64,000 nucleotides of DNA from assembly GCA_031409655.1 (NCBI GenBank), contig JANNXQ010000130.1:1-64000 (forward strand), read 5' to 3'. A program made the position numbers and the translations under genes. How positions within the stretch are numbered: the stretch's first letter is position 1; each line of letters starts with the position of its first letter. Source of the stretch: Chthoniobacteraceae bacterium. GTDB lineage: Bacteria; Verrucomicrobiota; Verrucomicrobiia; Chthoniobacterales; Chthoniobacteraceae. Shown piece by piece: positions 36,250 to 45,550 of the stretch. The notes under the pieces are model-generated. The model saw only the letters and a program-made list of their open reading frames with translations. It had not been told where the DNA came from and did not search any database.

Positions 36250-38325
36250 ATGAAGGTCCCACTCTCGCTGCTCGCTGCCCTTGCCCTCGCCGTTCCGCTT
36301 TCCGCGCAAGAGGTCGCGCTCAGCGCGCCACCGCTCGCCAACGCCGCACCGGAGAAGAAGCAGGGACTGGCGGTGACTTTCTCCGGCGGCGGGAAGACGG
36401 ACACGCGCGCCGCACGGCTGGTGGCGCTGTTCGTGCCGGTAGGGCAGCCGGCGAGTCCCTTCGTCCCGGCGGGGCCATTCACGGCGCGCTGGGAGGCGGA
36501 CATTCTTTCGCCGCTGCGCGCCGAGTACACTTTCACGGTGGAAACGAACGGTGTCGCGACGGCCACGCTGAATGGCGAGCCGCTGCTCGACAGCCGCCAG
36601 AAAGCCGCGCCGATGCCGACGAAATTGCAGAAGGGCGCGAACAAGCTCGTGGTGGAATTTGCGAGTCCGAAGGAAGGCGACGCCGCGCTGCGGCTGCTCT
36701 GGTCATCGAAGGAATTTCCCACTGAGCCCGTGCCACCGACGGTCTTCCAGCACGACGCGCACACCGCCGAAGTGCGCACCGGCGGGCGGCTCCGCGAAGG
36801 CCGGCTGCTCTTCGCGCAAAACCGCTGCGTGGCCTGTCACGATGCGGGCACCTTGCTCCCGGCAAAGGGCAAAGGTCTGCCGGAACTCGCGCAGGACGCG
36901 CCGACTTTCGAGGCTGTCGGGAGCAAGTTTCAGGAGGCGTGGCTTGCGGCGTGGATCAATGATCCGTACGCCATCCGCCCCGGTTCGCTGATGCCGCGGA
37001 TCTTCACCGGTGAAGGCGAGGCGATCGATCAGCGCGCCGCGGATCTCGCGGCGTATTTCGTCAGCACAGCCGCGCCGAAAGACGCGCCGGCCGTCGCGGA
37101 TGGCTCCGTCGCCCAGGGCGCCGCACTCTTTGCAAATCTCGGCTGCATCGCCTGTCACCCCAAGCCGGATGCGGATGGACAGGACGCCCACGAACGGGTG
37201 CCACTCGCGCACGTAAAGGCAAAGTGGCAGCCCGCTGCGCTCGTCGAGTTTCTCAAGGATCCGGCGAAGAACTACGTCTGGAACCGCATGCCGCACTTTC
37301 GCCTCAGCGACGAGGAAGCGAACCAACTCGCTGCCTATCTCGTGAGCACGGCGGCGCAGGAATTTTCCGGAGCCCCGAAAGGCGACGCCACCCGCGGCGC
37401 GCAACTCCTCGCCACGTCGAACTGCCTGAACTGCCACGCTGGCGTGCCACCAACGACGACGCCGACGCTCGCCGCCACGCTCGCGGGGGGCTGGAGCAAA
37501 GGCTGCCTCGCGCCGGATGCCGCGGCGCGCGGCAAGGCTCCAGACTTTGCCTTTGCGCCAGAGCAGCGGGACGCGCTCGTCGCTTTCGCGGCGCAGGGAT
37601 TTGCCTCGCTGAAGCAGGACGCAGCCGCGGAATTTGCCGAACGGCAGATCAAGAACCTGCGCTGCACCGCATGCCACAGTGCCGACGGCGAGCCCAGCGT
37701 GTGGTCGCAACTCGAGGAGGAAATCAGCTCGCTCCAAACCGCCGCGCCGCTCGAAGAAGGCGAAGGGAAGCCGATCCACACCACCGCGCTCCCGATGCTC
37801 ACCTGGCTGGGCGAAAAGCTGCGGCCCGATTACCTCGCGACCTTCATCGGCGGCCACACGGAGGACAAACCGCGCCCGTGGATCATCGGTCGGATGCCGG
37901 GATTTTCCGCCGCTGCGGAAGGGCTCGCCAAAGGATTGCCGCACGGCCACGGCTTCGGCGCGACGATCGCCGCCGAACCCGCGCCGGACGCCGAGACAGT
38001 GAAAGCGGGCGCCACGCTGCTCGGGGAAAATGGCGGCTTCAATTGCCTCCAGTGCCACACCCTCGGGGATCGCGCGGCCACCGCGGTCTTCGAAGCGCCG
38101 GGCCCGAATCTCGCGCTCACGCCAGTGCGGCTGCGGAAGGAATACTTTCACCGCTGGGCGATCGCGCCGACCCGCATCGATCCTGAGACGAAGATGCCGA
38201 AATTTGCCGACGAAGAAGGCCGCACCCAGCTCACCGACTTTTTCGAAGGCAAAGCCCGCGAACAGTTCGAGGCGATCTGGCAGTATCTGCAGACGCAGCG
38301 GCGCGAGCACCGGATTCGTCCTTGA
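36250..38325 (+). CDS. Exported multi-haem c-type cytochrome (5 CxxCH) with N-terminal PA14-like domain
   Basis: CVACH, CIACH, CLNCH, CTACH, CLQCH; repeated W..DP....P...MP modules; signal peptide. Confidence 0.88.
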   Translation: MKVPLSLLAALALAVPLSAQEVALSAPPLANAAPEKKQGLAVTFSGGGKTDTRAARLVALFVPVGQPASPFVPAGPFTARWEADILSPLRAEYTFTVETNGVATATLNGEPLLDSRQKAAPMPTKLQKGANKLVVEFASPKEGDAALRLLWSSKEFPTEPVPPTVFQHDAHTAEVRTGGRLREGRLLFAQNRCVACHDAGTLLPAKGKGLPELAQDAPTFEAVGSKFQEAWLAAWINDPYAIRPGSLMPRIFTGEGEAIDQRAADLAAYFVSTAAPKDAPAVADGSVAQGAALFANLGCIACHPKPDADGQDAHERVPLAHVKAKWQPAALVEFLKDPAKNYVWNRMPHFRLSDEEANQLAAYLVSTAAQEFSGAPKGDATRGAQLLATSNCLNCHAGVPPTTTPTLAATLAGGWSKGCLAPDAAARGKAPDFAFAPEQRDALVAFAAQGFASLKQDAAAEFAERQIKNLRCTACHSADGEPSVWSQLEEEISSLQTAAPLEEGEGKPIHTTALPMLTWLGEKLRPDYLATFIGGHTEDKPRPWIIGRMPGFSAAAEGLAKGLPHGHGFGATIAAEPAPDAETVKAGATLLGENGGFNCLQCHTLGDRAATAVFEAPGPNLALTPVRLRKEYFHRWAIAPTRIDPETKMPKFADEEGRTQLTDFFEGKAREQFEAIWQYLQTQRREHRIRP

Positions 38326-38360
38326 ACCCGCTGCGCTCGTTCTGAGAGCGTCCCGCCCTC

Positions 38361-39383
38361 ATGTCCGGCCCGACCCCATCGCCGCAGAAAACTCTCGTCG
38401 TTGCGCAAGCTGGCATCGGCTATTGGGGGCCAAACATCCTCCGCAACCTTGTCGGCAATCCGCGCTGTCGGGTGAAGACCGCAGCGGACCTTTCGCCGGA
38501 GCGGCGGAAATTTGTGCAAGGTCTCTATCCCGGAGTCGCCACGACCGCCGATGTCGAGAGCATGATCGCCGACCCGGAGATCGACGCCGTGGTCATCGCC
38601 ACGCCGGCCTCCACGCACTTCGATCTCGCGATGCGCGCCATCGCCGCCGGCAAACATGTGCTCGTGGAGAAGCCCTTTGCCACGACGGTTTCCGAGGTCG
38701 AGCAGATCGGCGCGGCGGCGACGAAAGCGGGGCTTGTCGCGATGGCCGCGCACACTTTCATCTTCAATGATGCGGTGCGTTACCTGAAGAAGCTCATCGA
38801 TTCCGGCGAACTCGGCGAGGTGCGTTACATCTATAGTCAGCGGCTCAATCTTGGCCGCATCCGCGCGGACGTGGATGCGCTTTGGAACTTCGCGCCGCAC
38901 GACGTGAGCATCATTCAGTACCTGCTCGGCGATCCGGAGCCCGCCTCCGTCCATCGGCAGGGCATGGACTATGTGCAGCCGGGCATCGAGGACGTCGTCT
39001 TCCTGCACATCGAGTATCCGCAGAAGGTGATGGCCCACATCCACGTGAGCTGGCTCGACCCGCACAAGGTCCGCTCGATGACCGTCGTCGGCACGAAGAA
39101 GATGGCCGTCTATGACGATGTGGCCGACGACAAGATCGCGATCTACGACAAGGGCATCGAACCCAAGGCCGTGCTCGGCCAGCGCATGGATTTCGACGCG
39201 CCCCGCCCGATGCAATTCACCCACCGCAGCGGCGACATCCTCATTCCGCGCATCGATTTCCGCGAGCCGCTGAAGGTCGAGATCGATCACTTTTTCGACT
39301 GCATCACGGGCGCCACGCCCTGCCTCACCGGACCGGCGCACGCGCGAGAAGTCATCCGCATCCTCAGCGCCGCAAAGCAATGA
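38361..39383 (+). CDS. Gfo/Idh/MocA-family oxidoreductase
   Basis: GIGYWGPNILRN, VIATPASTH, HVLVEKP, WNFAPHD. Confidence 0.9.
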   Translation: MSGPTPSPQKTLVVAQAGIGYWGPNILRNLVGNPRCRVKTAADLSPERRKFVQGLYPGVATTADVESMIADPEIDAVVIATPASTHFDLAMRAIAAGKHVLVEKPFATTVSEVEQIGAAATKAGLVAMAAHTFIFNDAVRYLKKLIDSGELGEVRYIYSQRLNLGRIRADVDALWNFAPHDVSIIQYLLGDPEPASVHRQGMDYVQPGIEDVVFLHIEYPQKVMAHIHVSWLDPHKVRSMTVVGTKKMAVYDDVADDKIAIYDKGIEPKAVLGQRMDFDAPRPMQFTHRSGDILIPRIDFREPLKVEIDHFFDCITGATPCLTGPAHAREVIRILSAAKQ

Positions 39384-39847
39384 GCGAGCAACCACGGGTG
39401 CGGCAAAGCGGGATCGTCGGGGTGACCTTCGGCACGAACGTCACGATCATCGAGCCGGTCAATCTTTACGGCTGCACCATCGGCGAGAACTGCTTCATCG
39501 GGCCATTCGTCGAGATCCAGCGCGACGTGAAGATCGGGAGCTACTGCAAGATCCAGTCGCACGCCTTCATCTGCGAACTCGTCGAGATCGGCGACCACTG
39601 CTTCATCTCGCACGGCGCGATGTTTGTGAATGACCTCTTCGCCACCGGCGGCCCGGCGGGTGGAAAGAAGGAACTCTGGAAGGCGACGCGCATCGGCGAC
39701 CACGTCTCCATCGGCACGAACGCGACGGTGCTCCCGGTGCGCATCTGCGACCGCGTGGTCATCGGCGCGGGCTCGGTGGTCACGCGCGACATCACGGAGC
39801 CCGGCATTTACGCGGGTAATCCGGTGCGGAAGTTGCGGATCCTGTAG
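39380..39847 (+). CDS. Hexapeptide-repeat N-acetyltransferase (WbpD/WlbB-like)
   Basis: Left-handed beta-helix repeats, GAMFVND, IGAGSVVTRDI, YAGNP. Confidence 0.88.
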   Translation: MSEQPRVRQSGIVGVTFGTNVTIIEPVNLYGCTIGENCFIGPFVEIQRDVKIGSYCKIQSHAFICELVEIGDHCFISHGAMFVNDLFATGGPAGGKKELWKATRIGDHVSIGTNATVLPVRICDRVVIGAGSVVTRDITEPGIYAGNPVRKLRIL

Positions 39848-39894
39848 CGCCTTCGTCGCTTGCCAGTGACGCGCTCCAGCCGAATGCTAAGCCC

Positions 39895-40221
39895 ATGACC
39901 CTGCTGCAGAAACGCGACGCCGATCGCCAGGCCCGACGCCTCGTGCTCTTTGACGAGACCCGCGCCCGGCTGCGCGAGGTCCTTGCGGAAGTTCTGCCTG
40001 GAGTGCGCGTGATCGTCTTCGGCTCCCTCACGAAACGCGGCACCTTCAACGACGCCTCGGACATCGACCTCGCGCTCTTCGAAGAGCCAGCGGGCAAAAG
40101 CATCTTCGGCCTGATGGCGGACATCGATGAACGGATGCGCCGCCCGGTGGATATTCTGCTGCTCGAGAAAACTAGGTTGAAGGAAAAGATCCTGCGAGAA
40201 GGAGAGACATGGACGACGTAG
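39895..40221 (+). CDS. Minimal nucleotidyltransferase (MNT) antitoxin
   Basis: 108 aa; VFGS-x11-DIDLAL, RPVDIL, KILREG. Confidence 0.85.
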   Translation: MTLLQKRDADRQARRLVLFDETRARLREVLAEVLPGVRVIVFGSLTKRGTFNDASDIDLALFEEPAGKSIFGLMADIDERMRRPVDILLLEKTRLKEKILREGETWTT

Positions 40222-40694
40222 CACTGACCGCATTGTGGAACGAGATGAAGAAGGACGTGGAAGTGGCGATCGGCGCATCTCAACTCGTCAAAGAGCGGTT
40301 GAGCGAAGGAACTCCGGCCGCCCTCGACAGTGCCGCGCATCACTACACGCGCTTTTTCAATGTCGTCGAACAGATGGGACTACGGATCGCCAAGGCTTTC
40401 GAAAACAACATCGATGACGAGCGTGGCTGGCACGCTGAACTCATCCGGCGCATGACCATCGGCATTTCTGGCGTACGTCCGCCGCTCTTTCCGGACGAGC
40501 GCGCTCCCGCTCTTCGAGAGCTGCGAAGATTTCGGCACGTTTTCAATCACGCGTACGATCTGGAGGTGGACGTCGAGAAGCTGCAATTTTTGCAGCGCTA
40601 TCTGGATCGCGTCGCAACGCATCTGGCCTCGGACGCGCGGCGATTCATCGAAGGCGTCGCGGCCATGCACGGGCTGACCGTTCCCGCCGAGTAG
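40209..40694 (+). CDS. HEPN-domain RNase toxin (HepT-like)
   Basis: RHVFNHAY = R-x4-H-x-Y; WHAELIRRM; 13-nt overlap with the MNT gene. Confidence 0.85.
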   Translation: MDDVALTALWNEMKKDVEVAIGASQLVKERLSEGTPAALDSAAHHYTRFFNVVEQMGLRIAKAFENNIDDERGWHAELIRRMTIGISGVRPPLFPDERAPALRELRRFRHVFNHAYDLEVDVEKLQFLQRYLDRVATHLASDARRFIEGVAAMHGLTVPAE

Positions 40695-40705
40695 TTACCG
40701 ATCCC

Positions 40706-41821
40706 ATGCACATCCCCTTCGTTGACCTAAAGGCGCAATACCACGCGCACCGCACCGAGATTGATGCGGCCATCGCGTCGGTGATCAGTGAGACGGCGTT
40801 CATCCGCGGCAAGTATGTCGCGGATTTTGAAAAGGCCTACGCGGCGAAGTATGGCGCGAAGCATTGTGTGTCCTGCGGGAACGGCACCGACGCGCTTTTC
40901 ATCACGCTGAAAATGCTCGGCATCGGGGCGGGCGACGAAGTGATCACCACGGCCAATAGCTGGATCGCGTCGTCGGAAACGATCACGCAGACGGGCGCCC
41001 GCGTGGTCTTCGTGGATGTGGAGGAGGACTACTACGATCTCGATGCGGCAAAGATCGCGGACGCCATCACCCCGCGGACGAAGGCCATCCTGCCCGTGCA
41101 TTTACTCGGCCAGCCGGCCCAGATGGATGTGATCATGGCGCTCGCCGGGAAGCATGGTCTGCACGTCGTGGAAGATTGCGCGCAGGCGCACTTCGCGACC
41201 TTCGCCGGGCGACGCGTCGGGACCTTTGGCAGCGCGGGCACCTTCAGCTTTTATCCCGGAAAAAATCTCGGAGCCTACGGGGACGCGGGCGCGGTGATCA
41301 CCGACGACGATGCCCTGGCGGAGAAGGTGCGGATGTTTGCCAATCACGGCGCGGACCGCGTGAACAAACACGAGCACCTGATGGAAGGCGTATGCAGCCG
41401 GCTCGACGGGCTGCAAGCGGCGATCCTCTCCGCGAAGCTCCCGCACATCGACGCCTGGACGCAGGGCCGGCAGGAGAAGGCCGCGAACTACGACGCCCTC
41501 CTCGCCGGGGTGGCGGGCGTGGTCACGCCGAAGATCCGCCCGCAGTCCACGCACGTCTTTCATAACTACGTCATCCGCGCTGAGCGCCGTGACGCACTCC
41601 AGGTCTTCCTCAAGGAACGCGGCATCGACACCACCCGCCACTACCCGGTGCCCCTGCCATTTCTGAAGGCGTACGCTTACCTCGGCCACACGCCGGCAGA
41701 CTTCCCAGTCGTGGCCCGCCAGGCCGCCGAGATTCTTTCCCTGCCCGTCTATCCCGAGATGAGCAGCGACCAACAGCAATACGCCACCTCCAACATCCGA
41801 GAATTCTATGCCCGCGGCTAA
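40706..41821 (+). CDS. DegT/DnrJ/EryC1/StrS-family sugar aminotransferase
   Basis: IPFVDLKAQY, NGTDAL, VEDCAQAH, FSFYPGKNLGAYGDAG, SRLDGLQAA. Confidence 0.93.
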   Translation: MHIPFVDLKAQYHAHRTEIDAAIASVISETAFIRGKYVADFEKAYAAKYGAKHCVSCGNGTDALFITLKMLGIGAGDEVITTANSWIASSETITQTGARVVFVDVEEDYYDLDAAKIADAITPRTKAILPVHLLGQPAQMDVIMALAGKHGLHVVEDCAQAHFATFAGRRVGTFGSAGTFSFYPGKNLGAYGDAGAVITDDDALAEKVRMFANHGADRVNKHEHLMEGVCSRLDGLQAAILSAKLPHIDAWTQGRQEKAANYDALLAGVAGVVTPKIRPQSTHVFHNYVIRAERRDALQVFLKERGIDTTRHYPVPLPFLKAYAYLGHTPADFPVVARQAAEILSLPVYPEMSSDQQQYATSNIREFYARG

Positions 41822-42746
41822 TATCCTGATCACCACTTCGTCCTTCGCCAGCGGCGACGCGACCGTCGTCAATGGCCTCACCTCCGCGGGTTACGCGGTC
41901 GTCACCAATCCCTTTAAGCGCACGCTCACCGCGAGCGAAGTGACCGCGCTGCTTGCCGAGCATCGTCCGGTGGGGCTCATCGCCGGCGTCGAGCCACTGA
42001 CCGGCAGCGTCATCGAATCCGCAGCCGCGCACCTCAAGATCATCTCCCGCTGCGGCACCGGCATCGACAACGTCGATCTCGAAACGGCAAAGCGCCTCGG
42101 CATTCCCGTCGTCAATACCCCCGCCGCACCGGCCGAAGCCGTGGCGGAACTTTCTCTCGGGCTCATCCTCGCCCTCATCCGCAACGTCGTCGTCCACGAC
42201 CGCTCGGTGCGCGATGGCACTTGGAAAAAGCGCATGGGGCTGCTGCTTTCCGAAATCACCGTCGGCATCGTCGGCCTCGGGCGCGTCGGGCGGCGGGTCG
42301 CGGAAATCCTCCGCCCACTCGGCACCCGCATCCTGGGCACGGATGTGCAGCCCGACCACGATTGGATCGCGCGGCAAGGCGTCAGCCTCGTGGCCATGCC
42401 GCAGTTGATCGCGGATTCCGACGTCGTGAGCCTCCACCTGCCCTACGCCACCGGCGACCTGCATCGCCTGATGAATGCCGAACGCCTGGCCACCATGAAG
42501 CGCGGCAGCTTTCTCCTGAACACCTCCCGCGGTGCGCTCATCGACGAGCAGGCGGTGTGCGACGCGCTCCAGAGCGGCCACCTTGCCGGCGCGGCCATCG
42601 ATACCTTTGAGCAGGAGCCCTACACCGGCGTCCTGCTCGGCGCGCCGAATGTCGTCCTCTCTCCGCATGCTGGATCCTACGCGCGCGCCACGCGCAATCG
42701 CATGGAACTCGAAGCGGTACAGAATCTTCTCAGGGGCTTGCAGTGA
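41808..42746 (+). CDS. D-isomer-specific 2-hydroxyacid dehydrogenase (phosphoglycerate dehydrogenase-like)
   Basis: GTGIDNVD, GIVGLGRVG, SLHLP, NTSRGALIDE, DTFEQEP, SPHAG. Confidence 0.9.
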   Translation: MPAANILITTSSFASGDATVVNGLTSAGYAVVTNPFKRTLTASEVTALLAEHRPVGLIAGVEPLTGSVIESAAAHLKIISRCGTGIDNVDLETAKRLGIPVVNTPAAPAEAVAELSLGLILALIRNVVVHDRSVRDGTWKKRMGLLLSEITVGIVGLGRVGRRVAEILRPLGTRILGTDVQPDHDWIARQGVSLVAMPQLIADSDVVSLHLPYATGDLHRLMNAERLATMKRGSFLLNTSRGALIDEQAVCDALQSGHLAGAAIDTFEQEPYTGVLLGAPNVVLSPHAGSYARATRNRMELEAVQNLLRGLQ

Positions 42747-42763
42747 CCACGCCGCAGGTACCA

Positions 42764-43981
42764 CTACGCCTTTGAGCGTGGCGCGGGATCGCGGAAGAAA
42801 AGCAGGAAGACCGCGAGCACGGCCACCGAGCCCCAGGCCGGCGCGCGCCAGATACCCGGCCAGTCGTGCGCGAGTCCGTTCATGGGCGCGGCCAGGGTGT
42901 GCGCCGCGAGGACCCTGCCCGCGAGCAACGTACCGACGAATGCCCCGACTCCCCAGAGGATGAACGCGATGAAACCCTGCGCGGCGCCGCGGATGCGTTC
43001 ATTCGCCTCGTCATCCACATAGAGCTGACCGGCGATGAAGAGGAAGTCATAGCACACCCCGTGGAGCAGGATGGCGGTGAAGATGAGCAAGACCTGGGCG
43101 CCCGGAGCTTGCGCGCTGCCCGCCAGCGCGAAGTAACGAACCGTCCACGCGAGGATGCCAAAGAAGATCGTCTTCTTGTAACCGAGTAACTTGAGGAAGA
43201 TCGGAAGCAGAAAGAGAAAGATCACGTCCGAGACTTGGGCGAGGGACATCTTGGCCGCGAGGTTTTCCCACTTCAGCTCCGTGAGATAGATACCCATCAT
43301 CACAAAGTAGAAATAGAGCGGGATGCAGATGAGGAACATGCAGAGGATGAAGATCGCGAAGGACGGCTTGCGCAGCAGCGCGAGCGCATCGAGGCCGAGG
43401 ATTTCGCCGAGACTCACATTCGCACCCACCTTTTTCGGCGGAGTGTGCGGCAGGGTCAGCGAGAAAAGGCCGAAGAGGATGGAGATGCCACCCGCGAGGT
43501 AGAACTGCACGGCCGATTGCTCTCCCTTGAGGAAGCTGAGCGTCACCCCGCCCGCGATCCAGCCCAATGCCGAGAGCATCTTTATCCGGGGAAAGTCGGT
43601 CTTCGGATCGGCAAGGTGGTGCAGCGAGAGCGAGTTCCCCAGCGCGAGCGTCGGCACATAGAGGGCACAGTAAAGAATGAGCACAGGATAGAAGCTGGCA
43701 AAATCCTGCAACCGCGGCAGCCAGCAGAGGACCGCGCCGCCCGCGATCCCGAGGACCGCGAGTAACTTCTCCGAAGCAAAGTAACGATCCGCGATAAGTC
43801 CGACAAAGAAGGGCGAGATCATCGCTCCAATGGCAAACGCACCGTAAGCCGCACCGATCTGACCTCCTTCAAACTTCAAGGTATTCGCGAGGTAAGTCCC
43901 CATGCTCACATACCACGCTCCCCAGATGTAGTACTGGAGGAACATAAAGAACGAGAGCTTCAGTTTAATGGTGGTTTGCAT
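42764..43981 (-). CDS. MFS nucleoside:H+ symporter family (NupG/XapB-like)
   Basis: MFLQYYIWGAW, FFVGLIADRYF, ILLHGVCYDF, RGAAQG; ATG at 43981. Confidence 0.88.
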   Translation of the reverse strand: MQTTIKLKLSFFMFLQYYIWGAWYVSMGTYLANTLKFEGGQIGAAYGAFAIGAMISPFFVGLIADRYFASEKLLAVLGIAGGAVLCWLPRLQDFASFYPVLILYCALYVPTLALGNSLSLHHLADPKTDFPRIKMLSALGWIAGGVTLSFLKGEQSAVQFYLAGGISILFGLFSLTLPHTPPKKVGANVSLGEILGLDALALLRKPSFAIFILCMFLICIPLYFYFVMMGIYLTELKWENLAAKMSLAQVSDVIFLFLLPIFLKLLGYKKTIFFGILAWTVRYFALAGSAQAPGAQVLLIFTAILLHGVCYDFLFIAGQLYVDDEANERIRGAAQGFIAFILWGVGAFVGTLLAGRVLAAHTLAAPMNGLAHDWPGIWRAPAWGSVAVLAVFLLFFRDPAPRSKA

Positions 43982-44010
43982 GGTGACTGGGGTGGAGCCT
44001 TTGCGAAGGT

Positions 44011-45465
44011 TCAGTTGCCTTTGTCGCGGTAGTTGAGCGGCGGCTTTTGTTCCGCCGGGAGGCGCGAACGGTATTCCTTGCCGGCCTTGCGTTCGGTGAA
44101 GCTCTTCTTGGCGGCGGCGAGTTCCTGCGGATCGGTGAGGAGGTCGAGCGCGGTCACGGCGAGCACCTTCACCGCGACCATCATGCCTTTGTGCCCGATG
44201 CTCATCCCGGCGCAGGCCGTGGACTGCCACGAGTGCCCCGGCGAGCCCGGGACGAAGGTCGCGGTCTTAAAGCCCGCCGTCGGCACCAACCAACTCACGT
44301 CCGCCACGTCGGTGGACCCGTAGCCGATGCCGTCGTCGATTTTCAGGATCTGCGTCTCGCTGCCAGGGGCGGGCACGGTGAGCCCTTCCGCGACAAAGGT
44401 CTCGCGGAGCGCGGCGGCGAAGGATTGCTCCTCCGGGGTGTAAGTCACGCCGCCCACCACGCGCAGGTTGCGATCGAGCAGCGCCGCGAGGGCATCGTTG
44501 GCCAGGGTGTTGTAAGCGCTGTTGATCAGTTCGAGTTCAAACTGCGTCTCGGTGGCCAGCGCGCCGCCTTCGGCACACTTCAAGATTCGCGGCCACACCG
44601 CATCGAGCGTCGTCATCTCCGGCGAGCGCAGGTAGAGATACACCTCGGAAAAAGCGGGCACGACATTCGGCGCGTCGCCGCCATTGGTGATGACGTAGTG
44701 GAGGCGCGTGGTCTGCGGGACGTGCTCGCGGAGGAGGTCGACGCCGTGGGTGAAAAGCATCACGGCATCGAGGGCCGAGCGCCCTTTCTCCGGCGAACCC
44801 GCAGCGTGCGCGGCCTTTCCTCGGAAGCGAAACTTGCCCGTGATATTCGCGAGGCTGGTGGCGACGCTCGCGCGATTTTCGCTCCCGGGATGCCAGTGCA
44901 GGACCACGTCGCAATCCGTGAACGCGCCCGCGCGCGCCATGTAGATTTTCCCACCGCCACCCTCCTCCGCCGGGCACCCGTAGAAGCGCACCGTGCCCGG
45001 GATCTTCTTTTCCGCGAGCCACTCCTTCACCGCGATCGCCGCTGCTGCCGAGGCGGTGCCGAAAAGATTGTGCCCGCACCCATGGCCCGGCGTCGTGCTG
45101 CGCAGCGGTCGCTTTGCCGGCACCGCCTCTTGGAAGAGTCCGGGCAGCGCGTCGTATTCGCCGAGGATGCCGATGACCGGCCCGCCGCTCCCGGCCTGCG
45201 CGGTGAAGGCCGTGGGAATTTCGGCCACGCCCTCCGTGATCGTAAAGCCCGCCGCCCGCAGTTCGTCCCGCAGGAGCGCGGCGCTTTTCGTCTCCTGGTA
45301 GCCGACTTCCGCAAACTCCCAGATCTTGCGCGAGACCTCGCCGAAGTGCTCCGCCCGCGCGTCGATGCGCTGAAAGAGCACGGCGCGATCGGTCGGTGCG
45401 AGTTGCGGAAACGCGGGTGCGCCGAAGGCCGCGACCAGCAGGAGAAACGGGAGGAATTGCTTCAT
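44011..45465 (-). CDS. M20-family amidohydrolase (AbgB-like), exported
   Basis: GEYDALPGL, GHGCGHNLFG, GCPAEEG, GSTDVADVSW. Confidence 0.9.
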   Translation of the reverse strand: MKQFLPFLLLVAAFGAPAFPQLAPTDRAVLFQRIDARAEHFGEVSRKIWEFAEVGYQETKSAALLRDELRAAGFTITEGVAEIPTAFTAQAGSGGPVIGILGEYDALPGLFQEAVPAKRPLRSTTPGHGCGHNLFGTASAAAAIAVKEWLAEKKIPGTVRFYGCPAEEGGGGKIYMARAGAFTDCDVVLHWHPGSENRASVATSLANITGKFRFRGKAAHAAGSPEKGRSALDAVMLFTHGVDLLREHVPQTTRLHYVITNGGDAPNVVPAFSEVYLYLRSPEMTTLDAVWPRILKCAEGGALATETQFELELINSAYNTLANDALAALLDRNLRVVGGVTYTPEEQSFAAALRETFVAEGLTVPAPGSETQILKIDDGIGYGSTDVADVSWLVPTAGFKTATFVPGSPGHSWQSTACAGMSIGHKGMMVAVKVLAVTALDLLTDPQELAAAKKSFTERKAGKEYRSRLPAEQKPPLNYRDKGN

Positions 45466-45550
45466 CGGTGCGACGAGGAGACGGCAAGTTGGCGATTCCC
45501 CCCAGCGCTGGCCAGCCGAATGCGGCAGACCTGCGTCGCCTTCGGGCGCG

